A stretch of 64,000 nucleotides of DNA from a virus (Duplodnaviria; Heunggongvirae; Uroviricota; Caudoviricetes). Positions 44,401 to 53,798 of the stretch are shown piece after piece. How positions within the stretch are numbered: the first letter of the stretch is position 1; every line of letters starts with the position of its first letter. The position numbers and the translations under genes are program-made. The notes beneath the pieces were generated by a model. That model was not told the DNA's origin, searched no databases, and saw only the letters and a program-made list of their open reading frames with translations. Location: positions 203,710-267,709 of the IMG/VR virus record IMGVR_UViG_3300037455_000372; one strand, written 5' to 3'.

Positions 44401-46651
44401 AAGCCCAGCGGCAGCGGCAAAAACTGGCCTTATGTCTGGTGCTGATAAGGCTCGCCTCGACGGTATGACTGATGGAGCTGAGCCGAATACAATTGACTCC
44501 ATTTCGGTCAACGGTACCGCAGTCCAACCAGACGGCAATAAGAACGTCGATTTAACTATTGGAGACGCTACGGTTACTTTTGCGCTCGGAGGTGTTGCTT
44601 CGGGTGATACCAGCCCGTCAGTTGGTTCTTTCTCGACCAATCAGGTAGCGAATGCAACCATTACGATTCCGGCGGCTGTATCTGCGACTACTGATGGTAA
44701 TACCCTAGTCCCAGCAAAACCGGGTGTTATGAGTTCTGCCGATAAAACGACCCTTGATAATGTTGCCAATGCGGTTAAGGATATCACGCTTGAAGGAGAA
44801 TCTGACCCGCTTACGGTTACAAACAACGCGGTTGAGATTCCGTTGGCTAGTGCAGATGACGACGGTGCAGGTAGTGTCACCTATTCGCCGGGTCTTGTAA
44901 CTGGACAAGAACGTGAAAAGATACAGAATTTGGTGAACTTCTCTACCGTCGCTGTAAGTGATGGAGAATCCACTCCGACTATTACAAATGTTGTTCCAAG
45001 TACAGCAGACGATACCTTGACGCTGGTTGCCGGAAATAACGTTACGCTTACTCCGGACGTGAACTCGAATAGCATAACTATTTCATCATCTGGTTCTGGT
45101 TCCGATGTTACGGTAAGCGGAAGTGATGGTATTTCAGTTACCGAAACGGTTGATCCTAATACAGGTGTAAAGGATTTCAACGTCTCGGTAACTGGTGGCC
45201 TTGGAATCGTGTCTGGTCACGCGTCTGTAATTAACCCAGAAGCAGTTGCGCCAAGCACAACGGCTGTAGTAGACCTTATTCCATCGTCGGCAATTGGTTC
45301 GTTTAATGTTCCAAATGACCGTATCAAGCTAATGTATGACGCGGATACTGGTCACGTTTATCTGTGTGCGCTAAAGACTATCGCAAGTGTTAATCCGTCG
45401 GACGCCGTTCACGGAGTTGATACTTTTACTATATCGATGAATACGCGGTTAGACCGAAACCCGACAAGACACGGATTTTATGGAGAAGCTTTAACTCAAG
45501 TATCTCGTGTACTTGACGGTAGTACGCAAATCCTAGCGCAAGCGTTCGAATCATATCCGTCTGAAATCGGTTGTGCTACGATGAATCTGACCGTTACAAT
45601 TCAGAATACCAGTGGTTTGGCGTATCGCGATCCGGTAAGCAATAAGTTGTATTATCGTTATTTGCTGACATACAGCGGAGATGCTGCTGATACGACGGTT
45701 GAGTCAATGTCGCTTTATACGTTGCTTAGTGCCGTCGAAGAAACCGTTGGTATAGCCGAGTATAGCAACAGTTCTACAACTTATACAAGTGGTTCTGGTA
45801 TTTTTATTAGCCCAACCGATAATAGTATATCGGTACTGGATGGTCCGGGTCTTGAAGTTGATTCGTCTACGAATCAGTTACAAGTTAAGATTAAGCCCAA
45901 TGGTGGTATAAAAATTGATAATGATGGCGTCAGCTTGGTTCTTGATGTTCAAGCCGAAGAAGCTGTTGAAATTGCACACGAAGTAAAAAATGTAATCGAT
46001 GAACGTATTATTACTGATATGTCGTTCAGCGAAATTCACGAAGCGTATACATCAAACCAGCATTTCCCGGCACGCGACGGTGATGGCCAAATGTATGGAA
46101 CCTTGTTTACGCCAGTTATGAGCCAACAGCTAACCGCTGGCGCGAAAATGGGTATCTATATGGGTGAATTAAGTAGCCAAGGCCGGTTTGCGCTTGCTAT
46201 TTACCAGTACGATTTCACTTCCAATTTGACTCTGGTTTGCTATACCGATGTTATGACGTGTGATCCTAGTTCTATTCCACCGGCATCGTCCACGGTGTCC
46301 GCTTTCCGTGAATTTACCGTTCATATCAACGATGCTTGCGATACATTGTCGTCAGAAAAGCTTTATTACGCTTGCGTGGTGTTGCTAAAGGATTCTGGCG
46401 GCAACGAGCCTGTATTAAAGCAAATGTGTGGTACTAGTGGATATAATACGAACATTAACGGTGTTCCTCGATTGACAATTGCGGTAAATCACCTTCAAAA
46501 TTTCTGTGGCGGTAATATCAATAACCTAGATACGCAGAGTTTTAAAAACTATCTATCGACAATCAGCGCGACCGCTGGAAGTGAACAAGCTTCTACGCCA
46601 AGAATCTTTATATCGGTTCGAAACATTCCGGTCGTATCGAATAACGCATAA
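41468..46651 (+). CDS. Long tail fibre-like protein with internal repeats
   Basis: Two LGNV.NTSD.DKP.ST..KVDK..GKGLSTNDF units and several GL(M/I)S..DK.KLD..GA..N.I units. Start moved to 41468 because 41408 lies inside the IS. Confidence 0.85.
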   Translation: MEIKTHVLTNPQNLSEERKLQARKNIDLGNVENTSDMDKPVSTAQQAAIDALGTTVDGKLAGKVDKEAGKGLSTNDFDDTYKSHVDESYEMRHSHSNQSELDQLTGDAIASAETTDEGKTLVLHPIEGEAVTFSGEQNAINTISQNGVTLPIDNKNVEITETIQSISKNGTPLVPDANHNVDITIESPVTPYEETPAMNGTGSAGSSALYSRGDHVHPSDTTKADKDSDAIADHLAKFDSNGNPVDSGIAVSELSKLHEHENKSILDNTTASYTVEDKDKLDNIAEGATKVEESATNGNVIIDGTETTVYTHPTTEATAAAAVKVGNNSEGHVVLGDPLTKGDVGLGNVDNTSDADKPISTATQAALDNKVDKEEGKGLSTNDFTNDYKTKLDGIEAGAQVNVIEHIKVNNIEQTPSEKTVNLDLTGYKTVQEAVGDPSAEGTGTDFISSLTQSSNGNITASKKTVQDGTTAQKGIVQLEDSVISDSTDKAATPHSVKQAYTLADGKQDPITFDGTYNASTNKAATVSTVTNAINDLDSEVTSSNGKNVQVKVTETNGKITEVSVTTDNTLNESDILSKANKVNPAVAGNFAGLSADGDLTDSGKKAADFATAAQGATADTAVQGILLNGVELDKGVDDKKVNLGNLKIKQNAVSDPTTSGNTSDFQFISGITQNENGEMSATKHTIPVAVATDAQGQTDGLMSKDDKKKLNGIAEGAEVNKIEKVKIAGSELTIDSADRSVNIPDAATNVKGVVKLTSDIDSEDNNSAITPTAVRNALKSRAVFWSESDWEDHAPNPGDPSKVNYVYDSDNPGEDKYNVYVWDVNANSYKKIDESTISLDGYWHNGPTETGVAGGNVVTDLTLGNDGVPVVTKGTLGDGTLTVTVGSANAQTFSANQTSNVSVTVPLAQSASENPDTHELIPASEGLISASDKSKLDSMTAGAQPNVIESVGMEGESSNLPIVDKHVEIPLATSATTSPAAAAKTGLMSGADKARLDGMTDGAEPNTIDSISVNGTAVQPDGNKNVDLTIGDATVTFALGGVASGDTSPSVGSFSTNQVANATITIPAAVSATTDGNTLVPAKPGVMSSADKTTLDNVANAVKDITLEGESDPLTVTNNAVEIPLASADDDGAGSVTYSPGLVTGQEREKIQNLVNFSTVAVSDGESTPTITNVVPSTADDTLTLVAGNNVTLTPDVNSNSITISSSGSGSDVTVSGSDGISVTETVDPNTGVKDFNVSVTGGLGIVSGHASVINPEAVAPSTTAVVDLIPSSAIGSFNVPNDRIKLMYDADTGHVYLCALKTIASVNPSDAVHGVDTFTISMNTRLDRNPTRHGFYGEALTQVSRVLDGSTQILAQAFESYPSEIGCATMNLTVTIQNTSGLAYRDPVSNKLYYRYLLTYSGDAADTTVESMSLYTLLSAVEETVGIAEYSNSSTTYTSGSGIFISPTDNSISVLDGPGLEVDSSTNQLQVKIKPNGGIKIDNDGVSLVLDVQAEEAVEIAHEVKNVIDERIITDMSFSEIHEAYTSNQHFPARDGDGQMYGTLFTPVMSQQLTAGAKMGIYMGELSSQGRFALAIYQYDFTSNLTLVCYTDVMTCDPSSIPPASSTVSAFREFTVHINDACDTLSSEKLYYACVVLLKDSGGNEPVLKQMCGTSGYNTNINGVPRLTIAVNHLQNFCGGNINNLDTQSFKNYLSTISATAGSEQASTPRIFISVRNIPVVSNNA

Positions 46652-46666
46652 CATAGGAGACTCGTT

Positions 46667-47002
46667 ATGTTACCTACGTATAGACGTGAAGATTTAATTA
46701 AGGTAAAAACCGATGATGCCGCTCGTGTTATTTACGAAAGCGGATATAAGACTGGACTAGACTGGAATATGTATATAGGCCGTATTATTATCCGGGATTT
46801 TATTTATAAGCTGTCTAATTACGACGGTATGGACTTTGATTTGTATATCAAGGATGTTGTGCCATATATCGAATTGGGATTGTTTCAGTCAGCCATTGTT
46901 AAGATACAGAACATTGAAATATCTGGTCTTGAAAGCCAGAAGGCTTGGCTTATTAAATCGCTTGAAGAAGGCGAAGACCGTCCTGAATGGCGGAAGGAGT
47001 AA
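46667..47002 (+). CDS. Putative fibre assembly/chaperone protein
   Basis: Follows the fibre gene; GGAG RBS; similar to the N-terminal part of 49955..51421. Confidence 0.6.
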   Translation: MLPTYRREDLIKVKTDDAARVIYESGYKTGLDWNMYIGRIIIRDFIYKLSNYDGMDFDLYIKDVVPYIELGLFQSAIVKIQNIEISGLESQKAWLIKSLEEGEDRPEWRKE

Positions 47003-47005
47003 GTG

Positions 47006-48493
47006 ATGAAAGAGAACACCAGTGTCATCTATGACGAAGCGCAAAACCTGACTTCAGAGCAAAAGGCTCGTGTGTGCTCTAGTATCGGCGCAGTAGCTGC
47101 TGTTTCGGGTAAACAACTCAGTGATGAAAACTATACTATCGCTGAAAAGAGTTTGCTTGGTACAATTCAGTCCGGTGCTGAAGTTAACGTAATTGAAGAA
47201 ATTACGGTAAATGGAACCGCGCTTACTCCAGACCAGAATAAGTCGGTTGCAATCACTATTCCTACGGTTACCGTAGACCAAACATATAACCATTTATCAG
47301 CAAATCCACAAAGTGGTATTGCTGTTGCTCAAGCAATCAGCGGTTCTGGACAAGTCCCTGCGGTTACACAGAATGATGATGGCAAGGTATTGAAGGCATC
47401 ATATAACGGCACCACAGGTTCGTTTAACTGGGATTCGGCACCGAGCGGGGTTCCATCAATTTCATCGGGCGATGTCGGAAAGGTGCTTAGTGTAACAAAT
47501 GATTCTACTGGTACGATGGGGTGGGTTGATCAAACTGACCCTGCGAATAATTCAACGATTACGTTGAAAACTGACGAACCGACTCCGATTACGATTGATT
47601 CGTTTACGCTAAACCAATCTAGTGATAAAGATATTCGTCTTCCGTTGGCCACGGGTGGACTAACTCCTAACGCCGGATTGATGTCAATCTCGGATAAGGA
47701 TAAGATTGATGCGTACCCAACGATTCCACAAAGCGGCGTTGGTAAATTTCTGAAAGATGATGGTACTTGGGGTATACCTCAAGACACTACATATTCCGAT
47801 TATGCGGGTAGTACGCACGGACTTGTGCCAGAACGGCCATCTGGTAGTTCTACGACTACTAAATTCCTACGAGAAGATGGGTCTTGGGAAATACCGACCG
47901 ATACGACGTATAGTGGAGGCGATGGTATCGATATCACCAGCGGCATTATTACAGTGGATCTAGCGGCATCCAATTCTGGGCTGGTGATTGATTCGCATAA
48001 GCTTGCTGTTAATGCTAATTCGGCTAAGGGTATCGAAGTTGGGGCTAGTGGTGTCGGTGTCCGCTTGGCGACTAATTCTGGCTTGGAATTCTCATCTGGA
48101 TTGAAGGTCAAGACCGATGGAAACACTATACAGACGAACGCGTCCGGCGCACTCGAAGTCATTGGTGGTGGCGGTAGCGGTGAAGTGAACGTGGTCGACG
48201 GTGTCCAGCTCGAAGGTGCCGCTTCAGTTCTTCCGCCGGATGTTTCTACGAAGGTTGTTACTATTCCGAATGCCATTCCGACTGGTACGACTGGCGCGTC
48301 TAACGGCTTGATTACAGCAGATGACCAAGCTAAACTTGACAAGGCAGTGGTATATCAAGAAAACACGTACGATTCTACTCATACGCTTCTTGCACAGCAG
48401 TTCTACGTGGTTACATCTGACCAGCAAATCATCGACATTGCCATGCAAGGTGTTCCCAACCGTAGCGGTACAATCTTCTTCCGTATCGGATAA
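47006..48493 (+). CDS. Tail fibre-like protein
   Basis: QNLTSEQKA N-terminal motif, two KFL..DG.W units and GLMS..DK units shared with the long fibre. Confidence 0.8.
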   Translation: MKENTSVIYDEAQNLTSEQKARVCSSIGAVAAVSGKQLSDENYTIAEKSLLGTIQSGAEVNVIEEITVNGTALTPDQNKSVAITIPTVTVDQTYNHLSANPQSGIAVAQAISGSGQVPAVTQNDDGKVLKASYNGTTGSFNWDSAPSGVPSISSGDVGKVLSVTNDSTGTMGWVDQTDPANNSTITLKTDEPTPITIDSFTLNQSSDKDIRLPLATGGLTPNAGLMSISDKDKIDAYPTIPQSGVGKFLKDDGTWGIPQDTTYSDYAGSTHGLVPERPSGSSTTTKFLREDGSWEIPTDTTYSGGDGIDITSGIITVDLAASNSGLVIDSHKLAVNANSAKGIEVGASGVGVRLATNSGLEFSSGLKVKTDGNTIQTNASGALEVIGGGGSGEVNVVDGVQLEGAASVLPPDVSTKVVTIPNAIPTGTTGASNGLITADDQAKLDKAVVYQENTYDSTHTLLAQQFYVVTSDQQIIDIAMQGVPNRSGTIFFRIG

Positions 48494-48504
48494 TGAGGTA
48501 GTCG

Positions 48505-49953
48505 ATGGCTTTTAGAGGAAAAATAGCGTGTCACTTTCCGGACAGGTCGAACCCTAACGCCGACGTTCAAAGCATCAGTTTCTTGCCAGTAGGAACTGAT
48601 CCGTCGACTATTTCCGACATTACCGATATACCGAAGGTGAAAGCCGTTTATGCTATTCCGGCTGGCGTTACATCGGTTACAATTAACGACTTGCCTAATT
48701 ATCTGGTGTGGGAATACGTCGACCCACTTGCTGCCGGAAGCACAAATGTCGCAATAGAGTTCGTTCCAAGTACCGATATACAGTTAAGTAGCGTCAGTAT
48801 CTTTACTGATTCAAATTACAGCACTGCGAATGGTGCAAGGGTAAAGATAATGCACGAGAGCGGTATCTATGTCGGTGCCGCCGACGGTGATGTTATTAGC
48901 GCGGAAACAACGCTATATGGTCTCACTGGGCGTGAACACACTGCGTCGTTCTCGCTGACGCTTTATGCTGGCAATAAGTATTATATCGTATACCAAGGGC
49001 CAACTAATAGCGTTTTTTATCCGGCATACTATGATGGGTCTACAAATGGAAAATACAAGGCGTATGCCAATACAACAGCGGCATCCCAAATAACGCCTTA
49101 TCCAAATATAAACAGCATTTATTCATTTATGCCTCCTAGTGGACAACGAGACCTTACCGAAGACTTGCTTAAAACTATAATGGATGCGCCTAGCGGATCT
49201 AATATTTTCTGGTTGGGTAATGACGTTTCACCAAATGGAACCGTTATCTTGAAGTATGGCTACTTGTCAAGCAAACAAATGAGTACGCCCAATACGCAAG
49301 TTACGGCAACCGACAGTGACATTTGGGGATATTCGGCGAACACTTACTTCATTTGGCATAACAAACAAAACACCAATGTGTATGACCGTATTTATCAGAA
49401 AAACACATCGACGACATACGACGGCACATTTACGATTACATCTAGTTCAAACTCCACCCAACAAGCAGAAACTCTTGTGGCACTTAAAAATGGTAATGGA
49501 ACATACGCAAAGGTGTTGACCAGTACACCAGACCCCAATAACGGTATGGGACTAAAAACTAACCACCTTTTGTCGATAAAAAATGGATACGCGGTTGGTT
49601 TTGATTCTTTTCAGCCGAGTTCAGCCGCGCCATCCGGTGGGTGGAAAGACGACACCTTTTACTTCTTGGTACAAGGCATTGACTACTCAAGTAGCGGTGG
49701 TCCTAATATATTTTATGGTGATAATGCTGTTTGCATAAAGAGTAATGGAACTTGGGATGTATTAAACCAATATGACATTTCTGATTTAATGACCTATCTC
49801 AATGATATCGAAATCAGTAGTGTAGTTACTCAAATTGCAATTACATCGTTGCTACAACTCGGCCAGCAAGTAAGCAACGACGAAAACCTCCGTAACGCGA
49901 GTGTTGTTACTGGAAGCAAGTATTATCTAAAAATCAACGGAAACGAGGTATAG
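48505..49953 (+). CDS. Putative receptor-binding/tail-associated protein
   Basis: S/T/N/Y-rich beta protein; AT-rich centre; GAGG RBS. Confidence 0.65.
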   Translation: MAFRGKIACHFPDRSNPNADVQSISFLPVGTDPSTISDITDIPKVKAVYAIPAGVTSVTINDLPNYLVWEYVDPLAAGSTNVAIEFVPSTDIQLSSVSIFTDSNYSTANGARVKIMHESGIYVGAADGDVISAETTLYGLTGREHTASFSLTLYAGNKYYIVYQGPTNSVFYPAYYDGSTNGKYKAYANTTAASQITPYPNINSIYSFMPPSGQRDLTEDLLKTIMDAPSGSNIFWLGNDVSPNGTVILKYGYLSSKQMSTPNTQVTATDSDIWGYSANTYFIWHNKQNTNVYDRIYQKNTSTTYDGTFTITSSSNSTQQAETLVALKNGNGTYAKVLTSTPDPNNGMGLKTNHLLSIKNGYAVGFDSFQPSSAAPSGGWKDDTFYFLVQGIDYSSSGGPNIFYGDNAVCIKSNGTWDVLNQYDISDLMTYLNDIEISSVVTQIAITSLLQLGQQVSNDENLRNASVVTGSKYYLKINGNEV

Positions 49954-49954
49954 A

Positions 49955-51421
49955 ATGAACCAGATCTATGCAATAGATAAGGAAACCTCCGCAATCGCCT
50001 TCATTGCAGCAAACCTGGAGTTATTGAAGGAAAAGCTTGCCGAAACTGGCAAGCAAATCGATGACTATTTAATCTTAGGAGACATTGGTATGAAGTATGT
50101 ATCTCGCATCGTATATGTAGATGGCAACTGTATATACAACAACTGCGACTACTGGCTGAATCACGGCAACGAAATACTCGACGATTACGACAAGCACGAG
50201 GTCAAGGATATACTCGGTAACGACGTGGACATTGTCCGCTATCGTACCGAACTAGATTCGAATGTGACTAGAATCGTTCAAATTGACGGTCGTCCGGGTG
50301 AAGTGGTCTACAACATCGCGGTGGCAAACGAGATGATTGCTCTTTTCAAGGAAGAGTGCATCCTCACCAAGTTTACTGGAATCACACCGCTTGAAATTGC
50401 CGCCAAGCTCGCGCAAGCCTATACGCTCGTGCTTACCGGTTCATTCAGAGAGGCCAAGACGGTTTTCCAAGCACTTGAAACAGACCCGTTCCTCACTGCG
50501 GAGCGAAAGCAGAAGTATATCGATATGCTGGATGCAGCCGACTCTATTGAATATGCGTCCGAAGACGAGCTAATCTTCACGACCGAGCCTGAAGAGGAGC
50601 CGGAACCGGAACCAAGCCCGGAATTGGTTGATTATGTCCGTGTTTACTTGATGGACCAGTCTAGTGATATGACCAAGGAACACACGTTCTATTATGCGGC
50701 AATGCATCAACCAGATGAAAGCAAGAATCCTAGGTTCAATGATGGAGACAAGCTCATATATGTAATTAGGCACGCGGAACGCGATAGTGACAGTAGCTCT
50801 ACAACCGACATCAACTCGACCGGTGTTAGCCGAGCAACCGGTATTGGACAGCTTCTCGCTTATGGTAATGCACCGTCTTCGCATGAAAGCAGCGTGACTA
50901 TTACGATTGAAGCCAACGATGCGCATTATTTTGCAAATGATTTGGTCAGATGCAAGCACACAGCCCAGTGCATTGCGCTAGGTCGTGGCGATACCGACAG
51001 TTCAGCTGACGACTATTCTGGCGTAACGGAAGAGGCCGAACTGTTGTATGGTTATAGATACCTGAAATCACATCCGGATTCTGGAACTACCAATCTACTG
51101 AAGAAATATTGCAATAATCCCGACGAACTTACCGAGTCGGAATTGGCATATATCGGTGTAGAAACTACAGAAGAGGCTCGTGCCAAGATCGTTTCAGACA
51201 CCCACCAGTTCATTAACGAGATTATCGCCAAGGCGGACAAGACGCTCAATTTCTTCATTACGAGTGACTACTTCGTTGGTTGTATGCAAGCTGGTGTGAC
51301 GGAATATGGTTATAACCAAACCAACAACGATCCGTGGGTCAACTGGTGTTCCGGTGTTGCCATCGTCGTGCATCCAGATAACACGTATGACGCGTTTGCT
51401 GTCAAGTGTGACAAGAAGTAA
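49955..51421 (+). CDS. Fusion of a fibre-chaperone-like N-domain and a histidine phosphatase-superfamily domain
   Basis: YVIRHAER (RHAER at 50768-50782) and RCKHTA follow a PEPEP linker. Confidence 0.7.
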   Translation: MNQIYAIDKETSAIAFIAANLELLKEKLAETGKQIDDYLILGDIGMKYVSRIVYVDGNCIYNNCDYWLNHGNEILDDYDKHEVKDILGNDVDIVRYRTELDSNVTRIVQIDGRPGEVVYNIAVANEMIALFKEECILTKFTGITPLEIAAKLAQAYTLVLTGSFREAKTVFQALETDPFLTAERKQKYIDMLDAADSIEYASEDELIFTTEPEEEPEPEPSPELVDYVRVYLMDQSSDMTKEHTFYYAAMHQPDESKNPRFNDGDKLIYVIRHAERDSDSSSTTDINSTGVSRATGIGQLLAYGNAPSSHESSVTITIEANDAHYFANDLVRCKHTAQCIALGRGDTDSSADDYSGVTEEAELLYGYRYLKSHPDSGTTNLLKKYCNNPDELTESELAYIGVETTEEARAKIVSDTHQFINEIIAKADKTLNFFITSDYFVGCMQAGVTEYGYNQTNNDPWVNWCSGVAIVVHPDNTYDAFAVKCDKK

Positions 51422-51612
51422 CTGGACGTACAGAAGAAATCCTGGCAGTTCGACGAGATACTGCCAGGATTAGAATGAGTTATGTTTTTGTTTTCAGTTG
51501 TTCTTGATGTTCTTTTGTTGTTTCCTTCGCTTCCATTTCGACATTAAACTTGGGGAACAACTGAGCGAAATGCTGTCTAGTTAATTACAGCTTATCCGTA
51601 TATTATCGTTTT

Positions 51613-52416
51613 TTACGAAGGAATAAACTCAGTAATATCATTTGCGGAGCTATAATGCCCATAGAAGGTATTATTATTCACATAAAAGTATCCGAATTCG
51701 CCAGTTTGTAAATTTTCGCAGGGAACCAATTTTTCTTTAACGTCCAAACTACTTGCGTCCAATATTTCAACCGTTCCTAACGCAATGTCGGGCGATCCAG
51801 CAGAATCACAAGCTAATAGTTTAATTGACTTATAAGCATAATTATTTGGAACCGACAACGTATTTATATACGGAGATCCATTAACGCATAAATTTGGCGC
51901 ATTTACTACAATTATTTCATCACGTACTAATGGATTTGCATCGCTATAGTTTTTAATATAACCATAATGAGTGTCATCAAAATTACCGTCATATTGACAT
52001 TGCCCCGAATGATATACCGTCCATAGCCTCATAGTGAATACGTGGGTTCCGCTAGAATTAACATTATTTGTTAATTGTATATAGTTATTAGAACGGTCAC
52101 GCAAGTTTTTAATATAAATATGGTATTTTAAGATATCAGAACTTGTACACGTACCAGTTAAATTAACGATAACACAATCTTTATTTGATTGCAGAAATTC
52201 AACTTGCCTAAAGTTCTTTTTATATCCAGACGGAATGTCCGGCGATCTATCCGTCGTTGAAATACTTGCTATTAACGCTGGACAATCGGATAAAGTAGAC
52301 CCCGATGGGACAGAGACTCCTTTCGACTCGATAGCCTCAAAGATAGCATTGGTATTAGCAGTTATGGCACCTACGTTCTGTGCCATTCGTGTGAGTTCTG
52401 TTGATAGTGACATCAT
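51613..52416 (-). CDS. Tail-associated hypothetical protein with an AT-rich C-terminal domain
   Basis: N-terminal AIESKGVSVPSG..L....LIASI motif; the remainder is clearly lower in GC. Confidence 0.7.
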   Translation of the reverse strand: MMSLSTELTRMAQNVGAITANTNAIFEAIESKGVSVPSGSTLSDCPALIASISTTDRSPDIPSGYKKNFRQVEFLQSNKDCVIVNLTGTCTSSDILKYHIYIKNLRDRSNNYIQLTNNVNSSGTHVFTMRLWTVYHSGQCQYDGNFDDTHYGYIKNYSDANPLVRDEIIVVNAPNLCVNGSPYINTLSVPNNYAYKSIKLLACDSAGSPDIALGTVEILDASSLDVKEKLVPCENLQTGEFGYFYVNNNTFYGHYSSANDITEFIPS

Positions 52417-52481
52417 AGATTCCTTTTAAATTATTAATTAGTATAAGGGAGCGTAATTATTAGATGAATAGGTACCTAAAT

Positions 52482-52507
52482 CTGCTGATGCTTTACTGCA
52501 TCAGCAG
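52482..52507. terminator. Perfect 10-bp hairpin downstream of the Fib_succ_major gene
   Basis: CTGCTGATGC-tttact-GCATCAGCAG; T tract is weak. Confidence 0.45.
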
Positions 52508-52518
52508 TTTGAGTTTAA

Positions 52519-53151
52519 TTACGCATTTTTGCATAATCTTATTGAAAATCCCTCATTAGTTCCAGCGCGTCCGTTGGCTGTCCAATTAGCATATTTAGGG
52601 TATTCAAAAGCTACAATTCCAGCTTGAGAGCTAGAGTACCTATCGGATAACCAAAAACATCCTCTACTACCTAAATTATAAAACCTACCTTCATAAATTT
52701 GTCCAGATGGTAACATAGAAAAGTCAAAATAATCTATTCCATCCCAAGGAGATGGAGGAAAATTATTTCCAAAAGAGTTAGACTTGGCAAGCATATATTT
52801 AGAATTAATTCCTACTAATCCCTTTACATATTCATATATCTCTTGACATTCTAATTGACTTGGTACATGCCATTCCGATATTCCCCATTCTTGCAGCTTG
52901 CTAGTAATTAGACTTTCTACTGTAGTGAATGTGTATAATCTCCCGCACTTATATCCATTCCAACCATAGGTAGCTTCATCGTTATTGTAATATCTGTCAT
53001 CTGAACCTATCGGCTCATCTAGGTTATATCTGATAAAAATTTTATTCTTTATTCGTACCGTAGGATAAGTATGTGAGTTAATAATGACATCACTAGTATG
53101 CCATGGATAACTCTCTACACTCACGCTATTAGCTCCGTGTGTCAGTATCAT
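52519..53151 (-). CDS. Fibrobacter succinogenes major paralogous (Fib_succ_major) domain protein
   Basis: TVRI..NLD..YNND..GRLYT..WHVPS..E..FSMLPSG..FWLS..GFSIRLCKN; AT-rich. Confidence 0.8.
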   Translation of the reverse strand: MILTHGANSVSVESYPWHTSDVIINSHTYPTVRIKNKIFIRYNLDEPIGSDDRYYNNDEATYGWNGYKCGRLYTFTTVESLITSKLQEWGISEWHVPSQLECQEIYEYVKGLVGINSKYMLAKSNSFGNNFPPSPWDGIDYFDFSMLPSGQIYEGRFYNLGSRGCFWLSDRYSSSQAGIVAFEYPKYANWTANGRAGTNEGFSIRLCKNA

Positions 53152-53163
53152 ATCTAATCTCCA

Positions 53164-53787
53164 CTAAGCATTAGCAGTTCCAAATTCGGCCAGCGTCCAG
53201 CACTTGCCAACGCAAGTGATCTGGCAAATCTTACCAGCATTAACCTTATTACCAGCAGCCGTAGACTGGTAGAACGTAGTCGTGTCGGAACTATCCTTGA
53301 CGGTAACGGTCACGTCGTTCGAGTTTCCGCTGTTATCAACAAGCAGAGCGAAGTTGGGAACGCCGGAATTCGCCAGTACGGTCAGTGCGTTCACCGTAGT
53401 CAGTGTCAGTTCCGTATTGGAGTTACCGCAGCCGATAGCCAGCTTTCCGTTGCTCAAGTCGGATTCGGTCTTTGTTCCGAGGTCGTACATACCGGCGTGG
53501 CTTACCGTCTCGATGGTATCGTTCAACGTGTCGAGTGCAGTCTCAAGACCGTCGATTATATCCTTGGTAGCATAGGTTTCGGTAATCACATTCCCGGAAG
53601 CGTCTTGTTCCGCGCTGGTGGCGGAAATATCCTTTCCGCCGATTTGGGAAACCTTGCTGTCGACTATGGTAAGCGTGATATCGTTGTCATTCACGTCGGA
53701 GCGGGCACGCTCCGAGTAATGAGAGTATTCGGCGGAGAACCCCTTGCCGTTATAGTCAGTCCACAAGTCTTTCTTCATATCTGCCAT
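53164..53787 (-). CDS. Tail fibre-associated protein
   Basis: A..D.SGNVI..TYATK fibre motif; GAGG RBS. Confidence 0.65.
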   Translation of the reverse strand: MADMKKDLWTDYNGKGFSAEYSHYSERARSDVNDNDITLTIVDSKVSQIGGKDISATSAEQDASGNVITETYATKDIIDGLETALDTLNDTIETVSHAGMYDLGTKTESDLSNGKLAIGCGNSNTELTLTTVNALTVLANSGVPNFALLVDNSGNSNDVTVTVKDSSDTTTFYQSTAAGNKVNAGKICQITCVGKCWTLAEFGTANA

Positions 53788-53798
53788 AATTCACCTCG

